From contig JAUNBC010000002.1 of assembly GCA_030527285.1 (NCBI GenBank), positions 32,466-96,465 on the forward strand: a stretch of DNA of 64,000 nt, written 5' to 3'. The number at the start of each line of letters is the position of its first letter. Position 1 is the stretch's first letter. Positions 9,164 to 20,600 of the stretch are shown here, in pieces. The stretch comes from Bacillota bacterium (lineage in GTDB: Bacteria; Bacillota; Dehalobacteriia; UBA4068). Under the pieces are notes generated by a model that was not told the DNA's origin, did no database searches, and saw only the letters and a program-made list of their open reading frames with translations. Made by a program: the position numbers and the translations under genes.

Positions 9164-9721
9164 CTAAACGCTCATAACTTCCTTTTCTTTTTCCGCAAAT
9201 ATTTCATCAAAGCGCTTAACAAATTTATCCGTCAGTTTTTGCGCGTCGTCCAGACCCTTCTTGGATTCGTCCTCGGATACCTCCTTGGCCTTCTCCAGTT
9301 CTTTGATATCATCGTTGACGCCGCGGCGGATATTGCGCACCGCCACCTTGGCTTCCTCCGCCTTGGTCGAGCAGAGCTTGACCAGCTCGCGGCGGCGCTC
9401 CTCGGTGAGCTGCGGCACTTGCAGGCGTATCACTACGCCGTCGGAAGCCGGCGTGATGCCGAGATCGGACTTCATGATCGCCTTTTCGATCGGCGCGATA
9501 TTGTTCTTATCCCAAGGCTGGATCACGATCAGCCGCGGTTCGGGACAGGAAATATTCGCCGTCTGATTGACCGGCATCGCCTGACCGTAAATCTCGACTA
9601 AGATCTTATCCAGCAAAGCCGGAGTAGCGCGGCCGGCGCGCAAAGTGGCGTAATCGGAGACGAGTATCTTCTCGACCTTTCGCATTCTGTCTTCGGCGTC
9701 TGCTAACAGCTCCTTAATCAT
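9164..9721 (-). CDS. frr: Ribosome recycling factor
   Basis: 185 aa starting [20 protein letters not shown]. The track ORF (to 9859) is over-extended into pyrH. The ATG overlaps the pyrH stop by 8 nt. Confidence 0.93.
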   Translation of the reverse strand: MIKELLADAEDRMRKVEKILVSDYATLRAGRATPALLDKILVEIYGQAMPVNQTANISCPEPRLIVIQPWDKNNIAPIEKAIMKSDLGITPASDGVVIRLQVPQLTEERRRELVKLCSTKAEEAKVAVRNIRRGVNDDIKELEKAKEVSEDESKKGLDDAQKLTDKFVKRFDEIFAEKEKEVMSV

Positions 9722-10439
9722 CTGCTCCACCTCCCAAATATGTACCGATCGGCTCGCCCAATACCGCGCGCAGCATATTGCCGTCCTGCGTGATATTGAA
9801 GACGATGACCGGTATATGATTGTCCATGCACAAGGTCGCCGCAGTAGCGTCCATAACATGCAATTCCTTGTTCAGAATGTCCAGATAGCTGAGATTGCTG
9901 AACATCTTGGCATTGGGGTTGGCCTTGGGGTCGTCATCATAGATGCCGTCCACTTTCTTGGCCATCAGTATGACCTCGGCGTTGATCTCGGCGGCGCGCA
10001 GCGCGGCGGTGGTATCGGTGGAAAAATACGGATTACCGGTGCCGGCGGCGAATATCACCACTCGCCCCTTCTCCAGATGACGGATTGCGCGCAGCCGTAT
10101 ATACGGCTCGGCCATTTGCCGCATCTCGATCGCCGACTGCACGCGGCAAACTACGCCGCATTGCTCCAAAGCGTCCTGCAAAGCCAGAGAATTGATCACC
10201 GTGGCCAGCATGCCCATATAATCGGCTGTAGCCCGATCCATACCGCCTGCGGAGCCGGAAAGGCCGCGCCAGATATTGCCGCCGCCGACCACGATAGCCA
10301 CCTCGGTACCGAGTTGGTTGATGGCGGCGATCTGCCGCGCTATCGCGGACAGCGTGGCTGCATCCAGACCATAACCAGCGCTCCCGGCCAAGCTCTCGCC
10401 GGAAACCTTTAACACCAATCGCTTATACTTAGGGTTCAT
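9714..10439 (-). CDS. pyrH: UMP kinase
   Basis: 241 aa. [15 protein letters not shown] and full PyrH-like sequence. Confidence 0.95.
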   Translation of the reverse strand: MNPKYKRLVLKVSGESLAGSAGYGLDAATLSAIARQIAAINQLGTEVAIVVGGGNIWRGLSGSAGGMDRATADYMGMLATVINSLALQDALEQCGVVCRVQSAIEMRQMAEPYIRLRAIRHLEKGRVVIFAAGTGNPYFSTDTTAALRAAEINAEVILMAKKVDGIYDDDPKANPNAKMFSNLSYLDILNKELHVMDATAATLCMDNHIPVIVFNITQDGNMLRAVLGEPIGTYLGGGADD

Positions 10440-10463
10440 AGGCGGCCGCTTTCCGCAACTGGC

Positions 10464-11387
10464 TTAGTGACCGGCGCTCATCGCCGCGACTTCTTCCGCC
10501 AAATTGCTTTGTTTTTTCTCTATACCCTCGCCGACCATAAAGCGGGCAAAGTTGTTCAAAGAGAGCGCGGCGCCGACGCTTGACGCGGTCTTAGCCAGAT
10601 GCTTTTGCACCGTCTGGTCGTTCTCCTTGATATAGACCTGCTCCAGCATGCAGAATTCCTTATAATACTTCTCGAGGCTGCCGTCGACGATCTTATCGAG
10701 GATCTTTTCCGGCTTGCCTTCATTGATCGCCTTGGTGCGGGCGATATTCTTCTCGCGCTCCACAACCTCGGCCGGTACGTCGTCGCGCTTGATAAACTCG
10801 GGATTAGCGGCGGCTACCTGCATCGCCATATCGCGGCAGAAGGTCTTGAGCTCGGCGTTATCACAGGCGGCGGCGTTATCGCAGCCGACTTCTATCAGCA
10901 CGCCGATGCGTCCGCCGCCGTGGATATACGCGTCAACGACGCCGGCGGCAGCGGCAAAACGAGCAAAGCGGCGTATCGAGATGTTCTCGCCGATCTTGGC
11001 GATCTTGGCAGTCAGATAATCAGCCACGCTTTGGCCGTTGACCTGCAGCGCGGATAAAGCCTCAACGTCGGCCGGAGCCTGCTCGGCGATGACCTGAGCG
11101 ATCTCGGCGCAGAAAGCCTTGTATTCATCGGTCTTGGCGACAAAGTCAGTCTCGCAGTTGACTTCGACGATCACGCCGACCTTAGCGTCGGCGGCGATAT
11201 AAGCCTCGACCACGCCCTCGGCGGCCACACGCCCGGCCTTCTTGGCGGCGGCGGCCAAGCCCTTTTCGCGCAGCAGGTCAACGGCCTTTTCCATATCGCC
11301 TGCGGCCTCGGTGAGCGCCTTTTTGCAATCCATCATCCCTGCGCCGGTGCGTTCGCGCAGATTGGCAACGTCTTTTGCACTGATCAT
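10464..11387 (-). CDS. tsf: Translation elongation factor Ts
   Basis: 307 aa. VANLRERTGAGMMDCKKAL UBA-like N-terminus. Confidence 0.95.
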   Translation of the reverse strand: MISAKDVANLRERTGAGMMDCKKALTEAAGDMEKAVDLLREKGLAAAAKKAGRVAAEGVVEAYIAADAKVGVIVEVNCETDFVAKTDEYKAFCAEIAQVIAEQAPADVEALSALQVNGQSVADYLTAKIAKIGENISIRRFARFAAAAGVVDAYIHGGGRIGVLIEVGCDNAAACDNAELKTFCRDMAMQVAAANPEFIKRDDVPAEVVEREKNIARTKAINEGKPEKILDKIVDGSLEKYYKEFCMLEQVYIKENDQTVQKHLAKTASSVGAALSLNNFARFMVGEGIEKKQSNLAEEVAAMSAGH

Positions 11388-11432
11388 ATATTCATCCTCC
11401 TGTACAGCTTGTTTATATTGCCGGTGCTCGTC

Positions 11433-12197
11433 TTATGCCTGCTCGGCAGCGACGACTTCCTCAATGTCGGCTTCGGCAGCGGCGGCGGCTTCGGCGGCGG
11501 CATTAGCGGCGTCGATGCCCTGACGCGCCTCGATGACGGCGTCGGCCATCTTGGCGGCCAACAGCTTGACGGCGCGGATCGCGTCGTCATTGCCGGGAAT
11601 GACATAATCTATCTCGTCGGGATCGCAGTTGGTATCGACGATGGCGACGATCGGTATTTTCAGCAGACGCGCCTCGGCAACGGCGATACGCTCCTTGCGC
11701 GGGTCAACGACGAACAAAGCGCCGGGCAGACGGTTCATATCCTTGATACCGCCGAGGAAGCGCTGCAATTTCTCCTGCTTGGCGCGTAATTGCGCGACTT
11801 CTTTCTTCGGCAGTACTTCAAAGGTGCCGTCGGATTCCATTCTTTCCAGGGAACGCAGGAATTCGATGCGCTTCTGGATGGTGTCGAAATTAGTCAGCAT
11901 GCCGCCCAGCCAACGCTCGTTGACATAGAACTGACCGGCGCGTTCGGCTTCTTCCTTGATCGAGTCCTGAGCCTGCTTCTTGGTGCCGACGAACAGCACC
12001 GATTTGCCGGTTTCGGCAACGCTTTTGATGAACGCATAGGCTTCGTCGACCTTATGCACGGTCTTTTGCAGGTCGATGATATAGATGCCGTTGCGCTCGG
12101 TGAAGATGTACTTGGCCATCTTCGGGTTCCAGCGGCGGGTCTGATGACCGAAATGCACGCCGGCTTCAAGCAGTTGTTTCATCGAGATTACAGACAT
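11433..12197 (-). CDS. rpsB: 30S ribosomal protein S2 (Ala/Glu-rich C-terminal tail)
   Basis: [30 protein letters not shown] at 12197 with GGAGGAAG SD. The track start at 12245 is over-extended. Confidence 0.95.
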   Translation of the reverse strand: MSVISMKQLLEAGVHFGHQTRRWNPKMAKYIFTERNGIYIIDLQKTVHKVDEAYAFIKSVAETGKSVLFVGTKKQAQDSIKEEAERAGQFYVNERWLGGMLTNFDTIQKRIEFLRSLERMESDGTFEVLPKKEVAQLRAKQEKLQRFLGGIKDMNRLPGALFVVDPRKERIAVAEARLLKIPIVAIVDTNCDPDEIDYVIPGNDDAIRAVKLLAAKMADAVIEARQGIDAANAAAEAAAAAEADIEEVVAAEQA

Positions 12198-12371
12198 TTT
12201 ACTTCCTCCTTTTTGGTTTTTACCCTCCGCGGCTTCAATATTCACCGACCGTTTCCGGCACCCGATGACCGCTCCGCCGCGTGTGTATTTGCATAGTTGA
12301 GATTTCTATGCTTAAACCACTGATTAAAATAACATATCCGCCGCTATAATGCAAGTGTTTTTTGCATACGC

Positions 12372-13823
12372 CTAAAGGATAAAGCGGCTCAGATCCTCGT
12401 CGGCGGCGATCTCGCTCAGCTTGTCCTCGATATAGGCGCGGTCGATGATCACCTGACCGGCAGCCTGCTCGGGCGCGTCGAACAGCAGATCCTCCAGCAC
12501 CTTTTCCAATATCGTATGCAGCCGCCTGGCGCCGATGTTTTCGGTATTGCGGTTGACGCGGTCGGCGATCTCGGCCAGCGCGTCGATGCCGTCCTCGCTG
12601 AATACCACGTCCACGCCGTCGACCTTGAGCAGCGCCGTATATTGCTCCTTGAGCGAATTTTGCGGCTCAAGCAGGATGCGGCGCAGATCCTCGCGGCTCA
12701 GATTATCCAGCTCCACGCGGATCGGGAAGCGGCCTTGCAGCTCGGGTATCAGGTCGGAGGGCTTGCTGAGGTGGAAGGCTCCGGCGGCGATGAACAGAAT
12801 ATAGTCGGTCTTGACCGGCCCGTATTTGGTGTTGACCGTGCAGCCCTCGACGATCGGCAGTATATCGCGCTGCACGCCGCCGCGCGAAATGTCCGGCCCG
12901 TGACCGCCCTCGCCGCCGGCGATCTTGTCGATCTCATCGAGAAAGACGATGCCGCTTTGCTCGGCGCGGTAAATGGCCTCGGAATTGACCTCGTCGGTGT
13001 CGATCAGCTTATCGGCTTCTTCCTGCGTGATGATACGCTTGGCCTCGGCGATGGTGACTTTACGCTTTTTCTTCTTCTTGGGCATGATCGAGCCTAATAT
13101 GCCCTGCATATCAATACCCATTTCCTCCATGCCGGTAATTTGCGGCGCGGCTTCCTCGACCTCGATCTCGACCATTTCCTTGTCCAGATTGCCCTTGGCC
13201 AGCTGGTCGCGCAGCCACACGCGGCGGGCGCGGATATCCTCCTCGCGCTTTTTCGCGTCCTCGGTCTTGTCCTCCGGCTTTTCCTCCGGCGCGTTATTGC
13301 CGAAAATATTGCCGATGGCCTGCCCCACGCGCGCCCCGCGCGGCAAGGGTTGCAGCATATCGAGGATGCGCATCTCGGCGGCCTGCGCGGCGCGCTCCTC
13401 CACCGCCGCCACCCGCTCGGCCTTGACCAGCCGTATCGAAGTCTCCACCAAGTCGCGGATAATGCTCTCAACGTCGCGGCCGACATAACCGACCTCGGTG
13501 AATTTGGTGGCCTCGACCTTGATGAACGGCGCTTCCACCAGCTTGGCCAGCCGGCGGGCGATCTCCGTCTTGCCCACGCCGGTGGGACCGATCATGATAA
13601 TGTTCTTGGGCAGCACGTCCTCTTGCAGCTTGACGTCGAGCTGCTGGCGGCGATAACGATTGCGCACTACCACCGCTACGCAGCGCTTGGCCGCATCCTG
13701 ACCGATAATATGCTTGTCCAGCTCGGCGACGATCTGATGCGGAGTCAGTTCGTGCGCGCCGCCTTTACGCGGCTGCTGTTTGCCGTTATCGTTATCGCCG
13801 ACCAGAATAAAATCGTTTGCCAT
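12372..13823 (-). CDS. hslU: ATP-dependent protease ATPase subunit HslU
   Basis: 483 aa. [17 protein letters not shown] and [15 protein letters not shown] Walker A. Confidence 0.95.
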   Translation of the reverse strand: MANDFILVGDNDNGKQQPRKGGAHELTPHQIVAELDKHIIGQDAAKRCVAVVVRNRYRRQQLDVKLQEDVLPKNIIMIGPTGVGKTEIARRLAKLVEAPFIKVEATKFTEVGYVGRDVESIIRDLVETSIRLVKAERVAAVEERAAQAAEMRILDMLQPLPRGARVGQAIGNIFGNNAPEEKPEDKTEDAKKREEDIRARRVWLRDQLAKGNLDKEMVEIEVEEAAPQITGMEEMGIDMQGILGSIMPKKKKKRKVTIAEAKRIITQEEADKLIDTDEVNSEAIYRAEQSGIVFLDEIDKIAGGEGGHGPDISRGGVQRDILPIVEGCTVNTKYGPVKTDYILFIAAGAFHLSKPSDLIPELQGRFPIRVELDNLSREDLRRILLEPQNSLKEQYTALLKVDGVDVVFSEDGIDALAEIADRVNRNTENIGARRLHTILEKVLEDLLFDAPEQAAGQVIIDRAYIEDKLSEIAADEDLSRFIL

Positions 13824-13824
13824 A

Positions 13825-14370
13825 TTATGCCTCCCCTAATTCCAGCACCGTGATATTGTGATTGGTGTAAACGCAGATATCGGCGGCGATATGCAGCGAA
13901 CGCTCGGCGATCTGCGCCGCCGTCAGCGATGCATCCGCCGCGACGAAAGCGCGCGCCGCCGCCAACGCATAATTGCCGCCGGAGCCGATGGCGGCGATGT
14001 CGTCGTCCGGCTCCACCACCTCGCCGTTGCCGGAGAGTATCAGCAGCTTATCCGCCGAAGCGACGATCAGCAGCGCCTCCAACTGGCGCAAATACTTGTC
14101 GGTACGCCATTCCTTGGCCAGCGCCACGGCCGCCTTCTCCAAGTTGCCGCGCGCCTCCTCCAGCCGTCCCTCAAATTTCTCGAACAGCGTGAAAGCGTCG
14201 GCCACCGAACCGGCAAAACCGCTGATCACCTGTCCCTGATAGAGCCGGCGCACCTTGCGCGCGCCCTGTTTCATGATCGTCGATTGACCCATCGTCACCT
14301 GTCCGTCGCCGGCGATCGCCGTTTTTCCGTCTTTTCTGACGCAAATTATCGTCGTTCCTCGAAGCTCCAT
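13825..14370 (-). CDS. hslV: ATP-dependent protease subunit HslV
   Basis: 181 aa from [15 protein letters not shown] (catalytic Thr after Met processing). GGAGG SD. The track start at 14415 is over-extended. Confidence 0.93.
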   Translation of the reverse strand: MELRGTTIICVRKDGKTAIAGDGQVTMGQSTIMKQGARKVRRLYQGQVISGFAGSVADAFTLFEKFEGRLEEARGNLEKAAVALAKEWRTDKYLRQLEALLIVASADKLLILSGNGEVVEPDDDIAAIGSGGNYALAAARAFVAADASLTAAQIAERSLHIAADICVYTNHNITVLELGEA

Positions 14371-14425
14371 GTTCCGCCTCCTTATTTGCTCGTTTGCTCT
14401 ATGTTTTATACGCAAACCGCGGCTA

Positions 14426-15328
14426 TCAAGCGCGCGGATGCGTCTTATCGTAGATCTCCTTCAACTTCTGCGCGGTCACATGCGTATAGATCTGCGTGGT
14501 GCTGATATCGGCGTGACCGAGCAGCTCCTGCACGGCGCGGATATCGGCGCCGTTTTCCAGCAAATGCGTGGCGAAGCTGTGACGCAGCGCATGCGGCGAG
14601 ATATTCTTGATCAGCGCCGCCTGCCGCATATATTTATTCAGTATATTGCGCACCGAGCGGTCGCTGAGCCGTCCGCCGCGCAGATTGAGAAACAACGCCT
14701 GCTTGGCGTCGATGGCAAAGCCCCTGGCCTGCCGCGCCGCCAAATAGTCGTCGATGGCCTCGATAGCGGCCAGGCCCAGCGGCGCCAGACGCTGCTTATT
14801 GCCCTTGCCCAGCACGCGCACAAAACCGACCTGCCGGTCAAGATCGCCGATATCCAGCCCCACCAGCTCGGCCACGCGCAGACCGGCGGCATACAGCAGC
14901 TCTAATATCGCCTTATCGCGCAGCCCGCCCAAGCTGCCGTCGGGCGCGTTCAACAGCGCGTCCACCTCGTCATAATAGAGTATTTTCGGCAGATATTTGT
15001 CCTTCTTCGGCGCGGCGGCCAGAGCGGCGGGATTTTCCTCGCAAATGCCCTCGCGGCACAGATAGCGATAAAAGGAACGCAGACATGACAAATGGCGGAT
15101 CAGCGTGGTTTTTTTCAGCCCCCGCTGCTTGAGGCCGGCCAGATAAGCGCGAACGTCGATGATATCCACGGCGCGGACGTCAACCCGCTCGAGCTGCTCA
15201 ACATTCTGCGTATCGGCGAGAAAAGCGCCGAAATCACGCAGGTCGCGGGCATAGGAGGACACCGTCATCTCCGAGGCGTTGCGCTCGGCCTGTAAATAGC
15301 GCAGGTATTTTTCGATCAGCTCATTCAT
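14426..15328 (-). CDS. xerC: Tyrosine recombinase XerC/CodV (chromosome dimer resolution)
   Basis: 300 aa with the C-terminal [38 protein letters not shown] catalytic region. Same xerC-hslV-hslU order as B. subtilis codV-clpQ-clpY. Confidence 0.9.
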   Translation of the reverse strand: MNELIEKYLRYLQAERNASEMTVSSYARDLRDFGAFLADTQNVEQLERVDVRAVDIIDVRAYLAGLKQRGLKKTTLIRHLSCLRSFYRYLCREGICEENPAALAAAPKKDKYLPKILYYDEVDALLNAPDGSLGGLRDKAILELLYAAGLRVAELVGLDIGDLDRQVGFVRVLGKGNKQRLAPLGLAAIEAIDDYLAARQARGFAIDAKQALFLNLRGGRLSDRSVRNILNKYMRQAALIKNISPHALRHSFATHLLENGADIRAVQELLGHADISTTQIYTHVTAQKLKEIYDKTHPRA

Positions 15329-15342
15329 CGTTTGCCCCCGTA

Positions 15343-17076
15343 TCAGGCATTATACAGAGTATAGTAGACGCCCTTTTTCGCCAGCAGCTCGGCATGGCTG
15401 CCGCATTCGGCGATGCCGTCCTCGGTCAGCACCCAGATCGTCGTCGCCCGCTGTATCGTGGTCAGCCGGTGGGCGATGGTGAAGGTGGTACGGCCATGCG
15501 ACAACTGCTCCAGCGACCTTTGCACGATACGCTCGCTCTCATTATCCAGCGCCGAAGTAGCCTCGTCCAATATCAGTATCGGCGGATCCTTGAGGAAAGC
15601 GCGAGCTATGGATAGCCGCTGCTTCTGCCCGCCCGACAGGCGTACGCCGCGCTCGCCGATATAGGTGTCATAGCCCTGCGGCAGCGCGCTGATGAAGTCG
15701 TGAGCATTGGCGCGGCGCGCCGCGGCGATGATCTGCTCGCGGCTGGCGCCGGGCTTGCCGTATTCGATATTCTCCGCCACCGTGCCGGTGAACAGGTACA
15801 CGTCCTGCTGCACCATGCCGATATTCTCACGCAGCGATTTGAGCGTAGCCTGACGAATATCCACGCCGTCGATCAAGATAGCGCCGCTCGATACCTCGTA
15901 GAAGCGCGGTATCAGATTGCACAGCGTAGTCTTGCCGGAGCCGGAGGGGCCGACTAAGGCCACCGAATCGCCGGCGTTGACGTGGATAGCGATATCCGAA
16001 AGCACCTCCGTATCCGGGTCGTCGGGATAACGGAAGCCGACGTGGTCGAATTCGATCTCGCCGCGCACATCGACAAGCTCGATCGCATCCGGCGCATCCT
16101 CGATATCCACCGGCGCGTCCATCAGCTCCAGAAAACGCTCGATGCCGGTAATGCCGCGCTGGAATTGCTCGGCAAACTCAACGATGCGGCGTATCGTGGT
16201 CAGCAGCATCTGCACATAGAGCAGATAAGCTATCAGCTCGCCGGGAGTGATGCGCCCGTCGATCATAAACAGCGCGCCCAGCACCACCACGGCGATATAC
16301 ATCAGCCCGTCAAAGGTGCGGGTGGTGACGGTCAGGCCGGCCATGGCGGTGTAAATGTATTTCTTCTGCTGGAGGAAACGCTGATTGCCTTCCTGAAACT
16401 TCTGCTCCTCGATCTGCTCATTGGCGAAGGATTTGACCACGCGCATACCAAGCAGGCTGTCCTCTACCTGCGAATTGATCTCGCCGATCTGTTTGCGGTT
16501 TTCGCGCCAGCCCTGCGCCATCTTGTGATTGAACTTGCTGGCGACGAACAGCATCAGCGGCAGCATGGCGAAAATGATCAGCGTCAGCGGCAAATTCATA
16601 TTGGCGAGGATGATAAAAGCAGCAGCCGCCTTGATTATGCCGATAAAGAACTCCTCCGGACAATGATGGGCGAATTCCGTCACCTCGAACAGATCGGCGG
16701 TAATGCGCGCCATGATCTGCCCGACCTTGGTCGAGTTGTAAAAAGAAAACGACAGCTGATGCAGATGATGGAACAGCTCGCGGCGCATATCAGTCTCGAT
16801 CCTGGCGCCCATGATATGCCCGATCGAGGTCATGCAATAGGCGGCCGCGCTGTCAATGATACGCAGCACCAGATAAACGGCTCCGCAGCGCAGTATTATC
16901 TCCGCCGTCAGCGCCGACATATCGGTGACGCCGGTATCGGTGATATAGCTGACGATCAGCGGCAGCACCAATTCGCAGAGCGTGGTCAGCGCCGCGCATA
17001 GCAGGTCGAGAGCCAGCCACCACTTATAATCGCGGAAATATGGCAAAAAGCGTTTGATCTTCTGAACAGTGGTCAT
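15343..17076 (-). CDS. ABC exporter, fused permease/ATPase (MsbA-like half transporter)
   Basis: N-terminal 6-TM domain followed by GPSGSGKTT Walker A, LSGGQKQRLSIARA signature and ILILDEATSALD Walker B. Start chosen at MTTVQKIK (ATG 17076, SD GGAAGGAAAG). Confidence 0.85.
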   Translation of the reverse strand: MTTVQKIKRFLPYFRDYKWWLALDLLCAALTTLCELVLPLIVSYITDTGVTDMSALTAEIILRCGAVYLVLRIIDSAAAYCMTSIGHIMGARIETDMRRELFHHLHQLSFSFYNSTKVGQIMARITADLFEVTEFAHHCPEEFFIGIIKAAAAFIILANMNLPLTLIIFAMLPLMLFVASKFNHKMAQGWRENRKQIGEINSQVEDSLLGMRVVKSFANEQIEEQKFQEGNQRFLQQKKYIYTAMAGLTVTTRTFDGLMYIAVVVLGALFMIDGRITPGELIAYLLYVQMLLTTIRRIVEFAEQFQRGITGIERFLELMDAPVDIEDAPDAIELVDVRGEIEFDHVGFRYPDDPDTEVLSDIAIHVNAGDSVALVGPSGSGKTTLCNLIPRFYEVSSGAILIDGVDIRQATLKSLRENIGMVQQDVYLFTGTVAENIEYGKPGASREQIIAAARRANAHDFISALPQGYDTYIGERGVRLSGGQKQRLSIARAFLKDPPILILDEATSALDNESERIVQRSLEQLSHGRTTFTIAHRLTTIQRATTIWVLTEDGIAECGSHAELLAKKGVYYTLYNA

Positions 17077-17115
17077 TTCTTTCCTTCCGTGGAGAAAGCC
17101 TATGCTCAAATACAG

Positions 17116-18426
17116 CTATGCGCCGTCATTGACGCGGCAAAACTCAGCGAGCGCGCTCAAGGCCCGTTCGGCGATGACGGCGTTCTTTTCCTGCTTATTA
17201 CGGATACGCTGCGTCAGCGGCGGCATCAGCCCGAAATTGATATTGCTCGGCTGAAAGCCGCTCCCCGCCGTATGCAAATAGGCAAGCAGCGAACCGAGCG
17301 CCGTCTGCCGGGGAAAGCGCGGCGGCTCGCGCCCCGCAAGCTCCGCCGCGGCGCATACGCCCGCCGCCAGGCCGGAGGCCGCGGACTCGACGTAGCCCTC
17401 CACCCCCGACAATTGCCCGGCCACGTACAAACGCGGTTCGCTTTTGAGCCGCGAATGCTCGTCCAGCAGCAGCGGCGCATTGACGTAGGTATTGCGGTGC
17501 ATCGAGCCGAGGCGGAAAAACTCCGCCTGCTCCAGCCCCGGTATCAGGCGAAACACGCGCCGCTGCTCGCCATAGGTGAGCCGCGTTTGGAAGCCGACCA
17601 TATTATAGGCGCTGCCATGGGCGTTCTCCTTGCGTAATTGCACCACCGCATAGGCCTCGCGCCCGCCGGCCAGCGGCAGTCCCACCGGCTTCAGCGGGCC
17701 GAAACGCAGCGTGTCTACGCCGCGCCGCGCCAGGGCTTCCACCGGCATACAGCCCTCGAACAGCTGCTGCTCAAAGCCATGCAGCGGATGCAGCTCGGCC
17801 TCCAGCAACGCCTGATAAAAGCGCAGATATTGCTGCTTGTCCAGCGGACAGTTGAGATAATCGTCGCCTGCGCCCTTGCCATAGCGCGAGGCGAAAAAGG
17901 CAACGCTCATGTCGATGCTCTCCGCGTCGATGATCGGCGCTATCGCATCATGGAAATACAGGTATTGGCCGCCGATACGCGCGGACAACGCCGCGCTCAG
18001 CGCCTCCGAAGCCAGCGGGCCGGCGGCGATAATACATATGCCCTGCTCGGGCAGCTCCGTGACCTCCTCGCGGCGCAATTCGATCAGCGGGCAAGCGGCG
18101 ATAGCGGTCTCGATATAGGCGGAAAAGGCCTGCCGGTCCACGGCCAGCGCCGCGCCGGCCGGTACCGCCGTTGCGTCGGCCGCAGCCATCACCAGGCTAT
18201 GCAGCCGTCGCAGCTCCTCCTTGAGCAGACCCACGGCATTGCTGACGGCGGAGGCGCGCAGGCTGTTGGAGCAGACCAGCTCCGCCAAGCCGCCGCCCTG
18301 ATGCGCCGCCGTCATCTTTCGCGGGCGCATCTCATACAGGCGCACGGGCAGACCGCGCCGCGCTAACTGCCATGCCGCTTCGCAACCGGCCAAACCGCCG
18401 CCGATCACCGTTGTCCTTTCATTCAT
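17116..18426 (-). CDS. trmFO: Methylenetetrahydrofolate--tRNA-(uracil54-C5)-methyltransferase TrmFO (Gid)
   Basis: 436 aa. VIGGGLAGCEAAWQLARRG FAD motif. Conserved position after topA. Confidence 0.92.
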   Translation of the reverse strand: MNERTTVIGGGLAGCEAAWQLARRGLPVRLYEMRPRKMTAAHQGGGLAELVCSNSLRASAVSNAVGLLKEELRRLHSLVMAAADATAVPAGAALAVDRQAFSAYIETAIAACPLIELRREEVTELPEQGICIIAAGPLASEALSAALSARIGGQYLYFHDAIAPIIDAESIDMSVAFFASRYGKGAGDDYLNCPLDKQQYLRFYQALLEAELHPLHGFEQQLFEGCMPVEALARRGVDTLRFGPLKPVGLPLAGGREAYAVVQLRKENAHGSAYNMVGFQTRLTYGEQRRVFRLIPGLEQAEFFRLGSMHRNTYVNAPLLLDEHSRLKSEPRLYVAGQLSGVEGYVESAASGLAAGVCAAAELAGREPPRFPRQTALGSLLAYLHTAGSGFQPSNINFGLMPPLTQRIRNKQEKNAVIAERALSALAEFCRVNDGA

Positions 18427-18448
18427 CCGCTATGCTTCGCCCTTTCGT

Positions 18449-20581
18449 CTACTCGCTCTTTTTCTTCGCCGGCCGGCCTTTGGGCTTTTTCACTTCATTA
18501 GCCTTGGACGGACATTCGCGGTTCGGGCAAATGGTCATTTTCTCGCCGCCGCGCGTCGGCCGCACCGACAGCTGCGTACCGCAAACCGGACATTTCTCCT
18601 CTATCGGCAGCTCCCATGAAATATACGTACATTCTGGATAATGGTCGCAGCCGTAGAACACGCGGCCGGTCCGGCTCTTGCGCTGCACGATATTGCCGCC
18701 GCAGGCCAGGCATTTGATATTCAGCGTATTGACGATAGCTTTGGTATTGCGGCATTCGGGGAAGCCGGAGCAGGCGAGAAATTTACCGTAGCGTCCCATG
18801 CGATAGACCATCGGCTTGCCGCATTTCTCGCATACCTCATCCGATTGCTCGGGGGCGATAACGATCTTTTCGATCTCTTGCTCCGCCACCTCCAGCGTCT
18901 TGGCAAAGGGGCCGTAGAAATCGCTGATCACCTTATCCCATGCCAATTCGCCGTCCTCGACCATATCCAGCTGCTCTTCCATCGAGGCGGTGAATTCTAC
19001 GTCGATGATATCCTTGAAATAATCCTTCATCAGATCGACCACCAGCATGCCCAGCTCGGTAGGATACAGCTGCTTATCCTCGCGCACCACATAATAGCGC
19101 GAGAGTATGGTGTCGATGGTCGGCGCATAGGTGGAAGGACGGCCGATGCCCAGCTCCTCCAGCGTCTTGATCAGCATCGCCTCCGAATAACGCGGCGGCG
19201 GCGTGGTAAAATGCTGCTTGGGCTCGAGGCTGTTGAAAGGCAAGATCTGCCCCTGCTCCACCGAAGCGACCACGCTCAGATCGTCGCCATTCGCGCTGTT
19301 CGCGGCGGCGCCCGACTCCTCCTTGCCCTCGGAATAGACCTGCGTATAACCGGCAAAGCGTACGATCTGCCCGCTGGCGCGGAACAGGTATTTGCCGGCG
19401 CTGACCTCGACCGTGGTCACGTCATAGAGAGCCGGCGCCATCTGCGAGGCGACAAAGCGCTCCCAGATCAGCTTATACAGCTTGTACTGCTGCGTGGTGA
19501 GAAAAGGCTTGAGCATAGCCGGCGTGCGCTCCACCGAGGTCGGGCGTATCGCCTCATGCGCGTCCTGCACGCTGCCCTTGCGGCTGACGTATTGATGCGG
19601 CTTTTGCGGGACGAAGGCCGGTCCGTATTTGCCGCCTATATACTCGCGCACCCGCGCTATCGCCTCGTCGTTGATGCGTACCGAGTCGGTACGCATATAG
19701 GAGATCAAACCGGTGACGTTGCCGCCCACGGCGATGCCCTCGTATAATTGCTGCGCCGTCTGCATGGTCTTTTTCGCCATCATGCCTAAGCGGCGCGAAG
19801 CCTCCTGCTGCATCATCGAGGTGGTGAAAGGCGGCGGCGGATTCTTGCTTTTGCCCTTGACCGCCAGCGAATCGACGCGGTACTGCTCGCCCTTGAGGTC
19901 GGCGATCACCCGATCCACGTCCTCGCGGCTGCGCAGCTCGGCCTTCTTATCGCCGATCTTGGCCAGACGCGCTACCAGCTCGCCCTTTTGCGCCTGCAAA
20001 TGCGCGTACATCGTCCAGTACTCCTCGGACACGAAGGCCTTGATCTCATCCTCGCGGTCGCAGATCAAGCGCACCGCCACCGATTGCACACGGCCGGCGG
20101 ACAGGCCTTTCTTGACCTTTTTCCACAGCAGCGGGCTGATCTTGTAGCCGACCAGGCGGTCGAGTATGCGCCGTGCCTGCTGCGCCTCGACCTTGTCGAT
20201 GTCGATAGCCGTCGGCTTCTGTACCGCCGCCTTGATCGCCGAATCGGTGATCTCATTGAAGCTGATGCGGCATTTCTCGTCATTGATGCCGAGGTATTGC
20301 TGCAAATGCCAGGCTATGGCCTCGCCCTCGCGGTCGGGGTCGGAACCGAGCAGCACGCGGTCGACCTTTTTCACCTCGTCGCGCAGCACCTTGATGATAT
20401 CGCCCTTGCCGCGTATGGTGATATAATGCGGCGCGAAATCATTCTCGATATCTACGCCCATCGTGCTTTTAGGCAGATCGCGTATATGCCCCATACAGGG
20501 CTTGACCACATAACTCTTGCCCAGAAAGCGCTCGATGGTCTTGGCCTTGGTCGGCGATTCCACAATGATCAGTGTTTTCAT
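18449..20581 (-). CDS. topA: DNA topoisomerase I
   Basis: 710 aa. TOPRIM N-terminus LIIVESPTKAKTI and C-terminal repeated CxxC zinc ribbons. Confidence 0.95.
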   Translation of the reverse strand: MKTLIIVESPTKAKTIERFLGKSYVVKPCMGHIRDLPKSTMGVDIENDFAPHYITIRGKGDIIKVLRDEVKKVDRVLLGSDPDREGEAIAWHLQQYLGINDEKCRISFNEITDSAIKAAVQKPTAIDIDKVEAQQARRILDRLVGYKISPLLWKKVKKGLSAGRVQSVAVRLICDREDEIKAFVSEEYWTMYAHLQAQKGELVARLAKIGDKKAELRSREDVDRVIADLKGEQYRVDSLAVKGKSKNPPPPFTTSMMQQEASRRLGMMAKKTMQTAQQLYEGIAVGGNVTGLISYMRTDSVRINDEAIARVREYIGGKYGPAFVPQKPHQYVSRKGSVQDAHEAIRPTSVERTPAMLKPFLTTQQYKLYKLIWERFVASQMAPALYDVTTVEVSAGKYLFRASGQIVRFAGYTQVYSEGKEESGAAANSANGDDLSVVASVEQGQILPFNSLEPKQHFTTPPPRYSEAMLIKTLEELGIGRPSTYAPTIDTILSRYYVVREDKQLYPTELGMLVVDLMKDYFKDIIDVEFTASMEEQLDMVEDGELAWDKVISDFYGPFAKTLEVAEQEIEKIVIAPEQSDEVCEKCGKPMVYRMGRYGKFLACSGFPECRNTKAIVNTLNIKCLACGGNIVQRKSRTGRVFYGCDHYPECTYISWELPIEEKCPVCGTQLSVRPTRGGEKMTICPNRECPSKANEVKKPKGRPAKKKSE

Positions 20582-20600
20582 AATCTCACCTCTTATGCCC

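Noticed and set aside
14426-15328. Tyrosine recombinase as a possible marker of an integrated mobile element.
   Set aside because: It shows conserved xerC(codV)-hslV-hslU synteny and is flanked by housekeeping genes. There are no att-like repeats, phage genes or compositional break.
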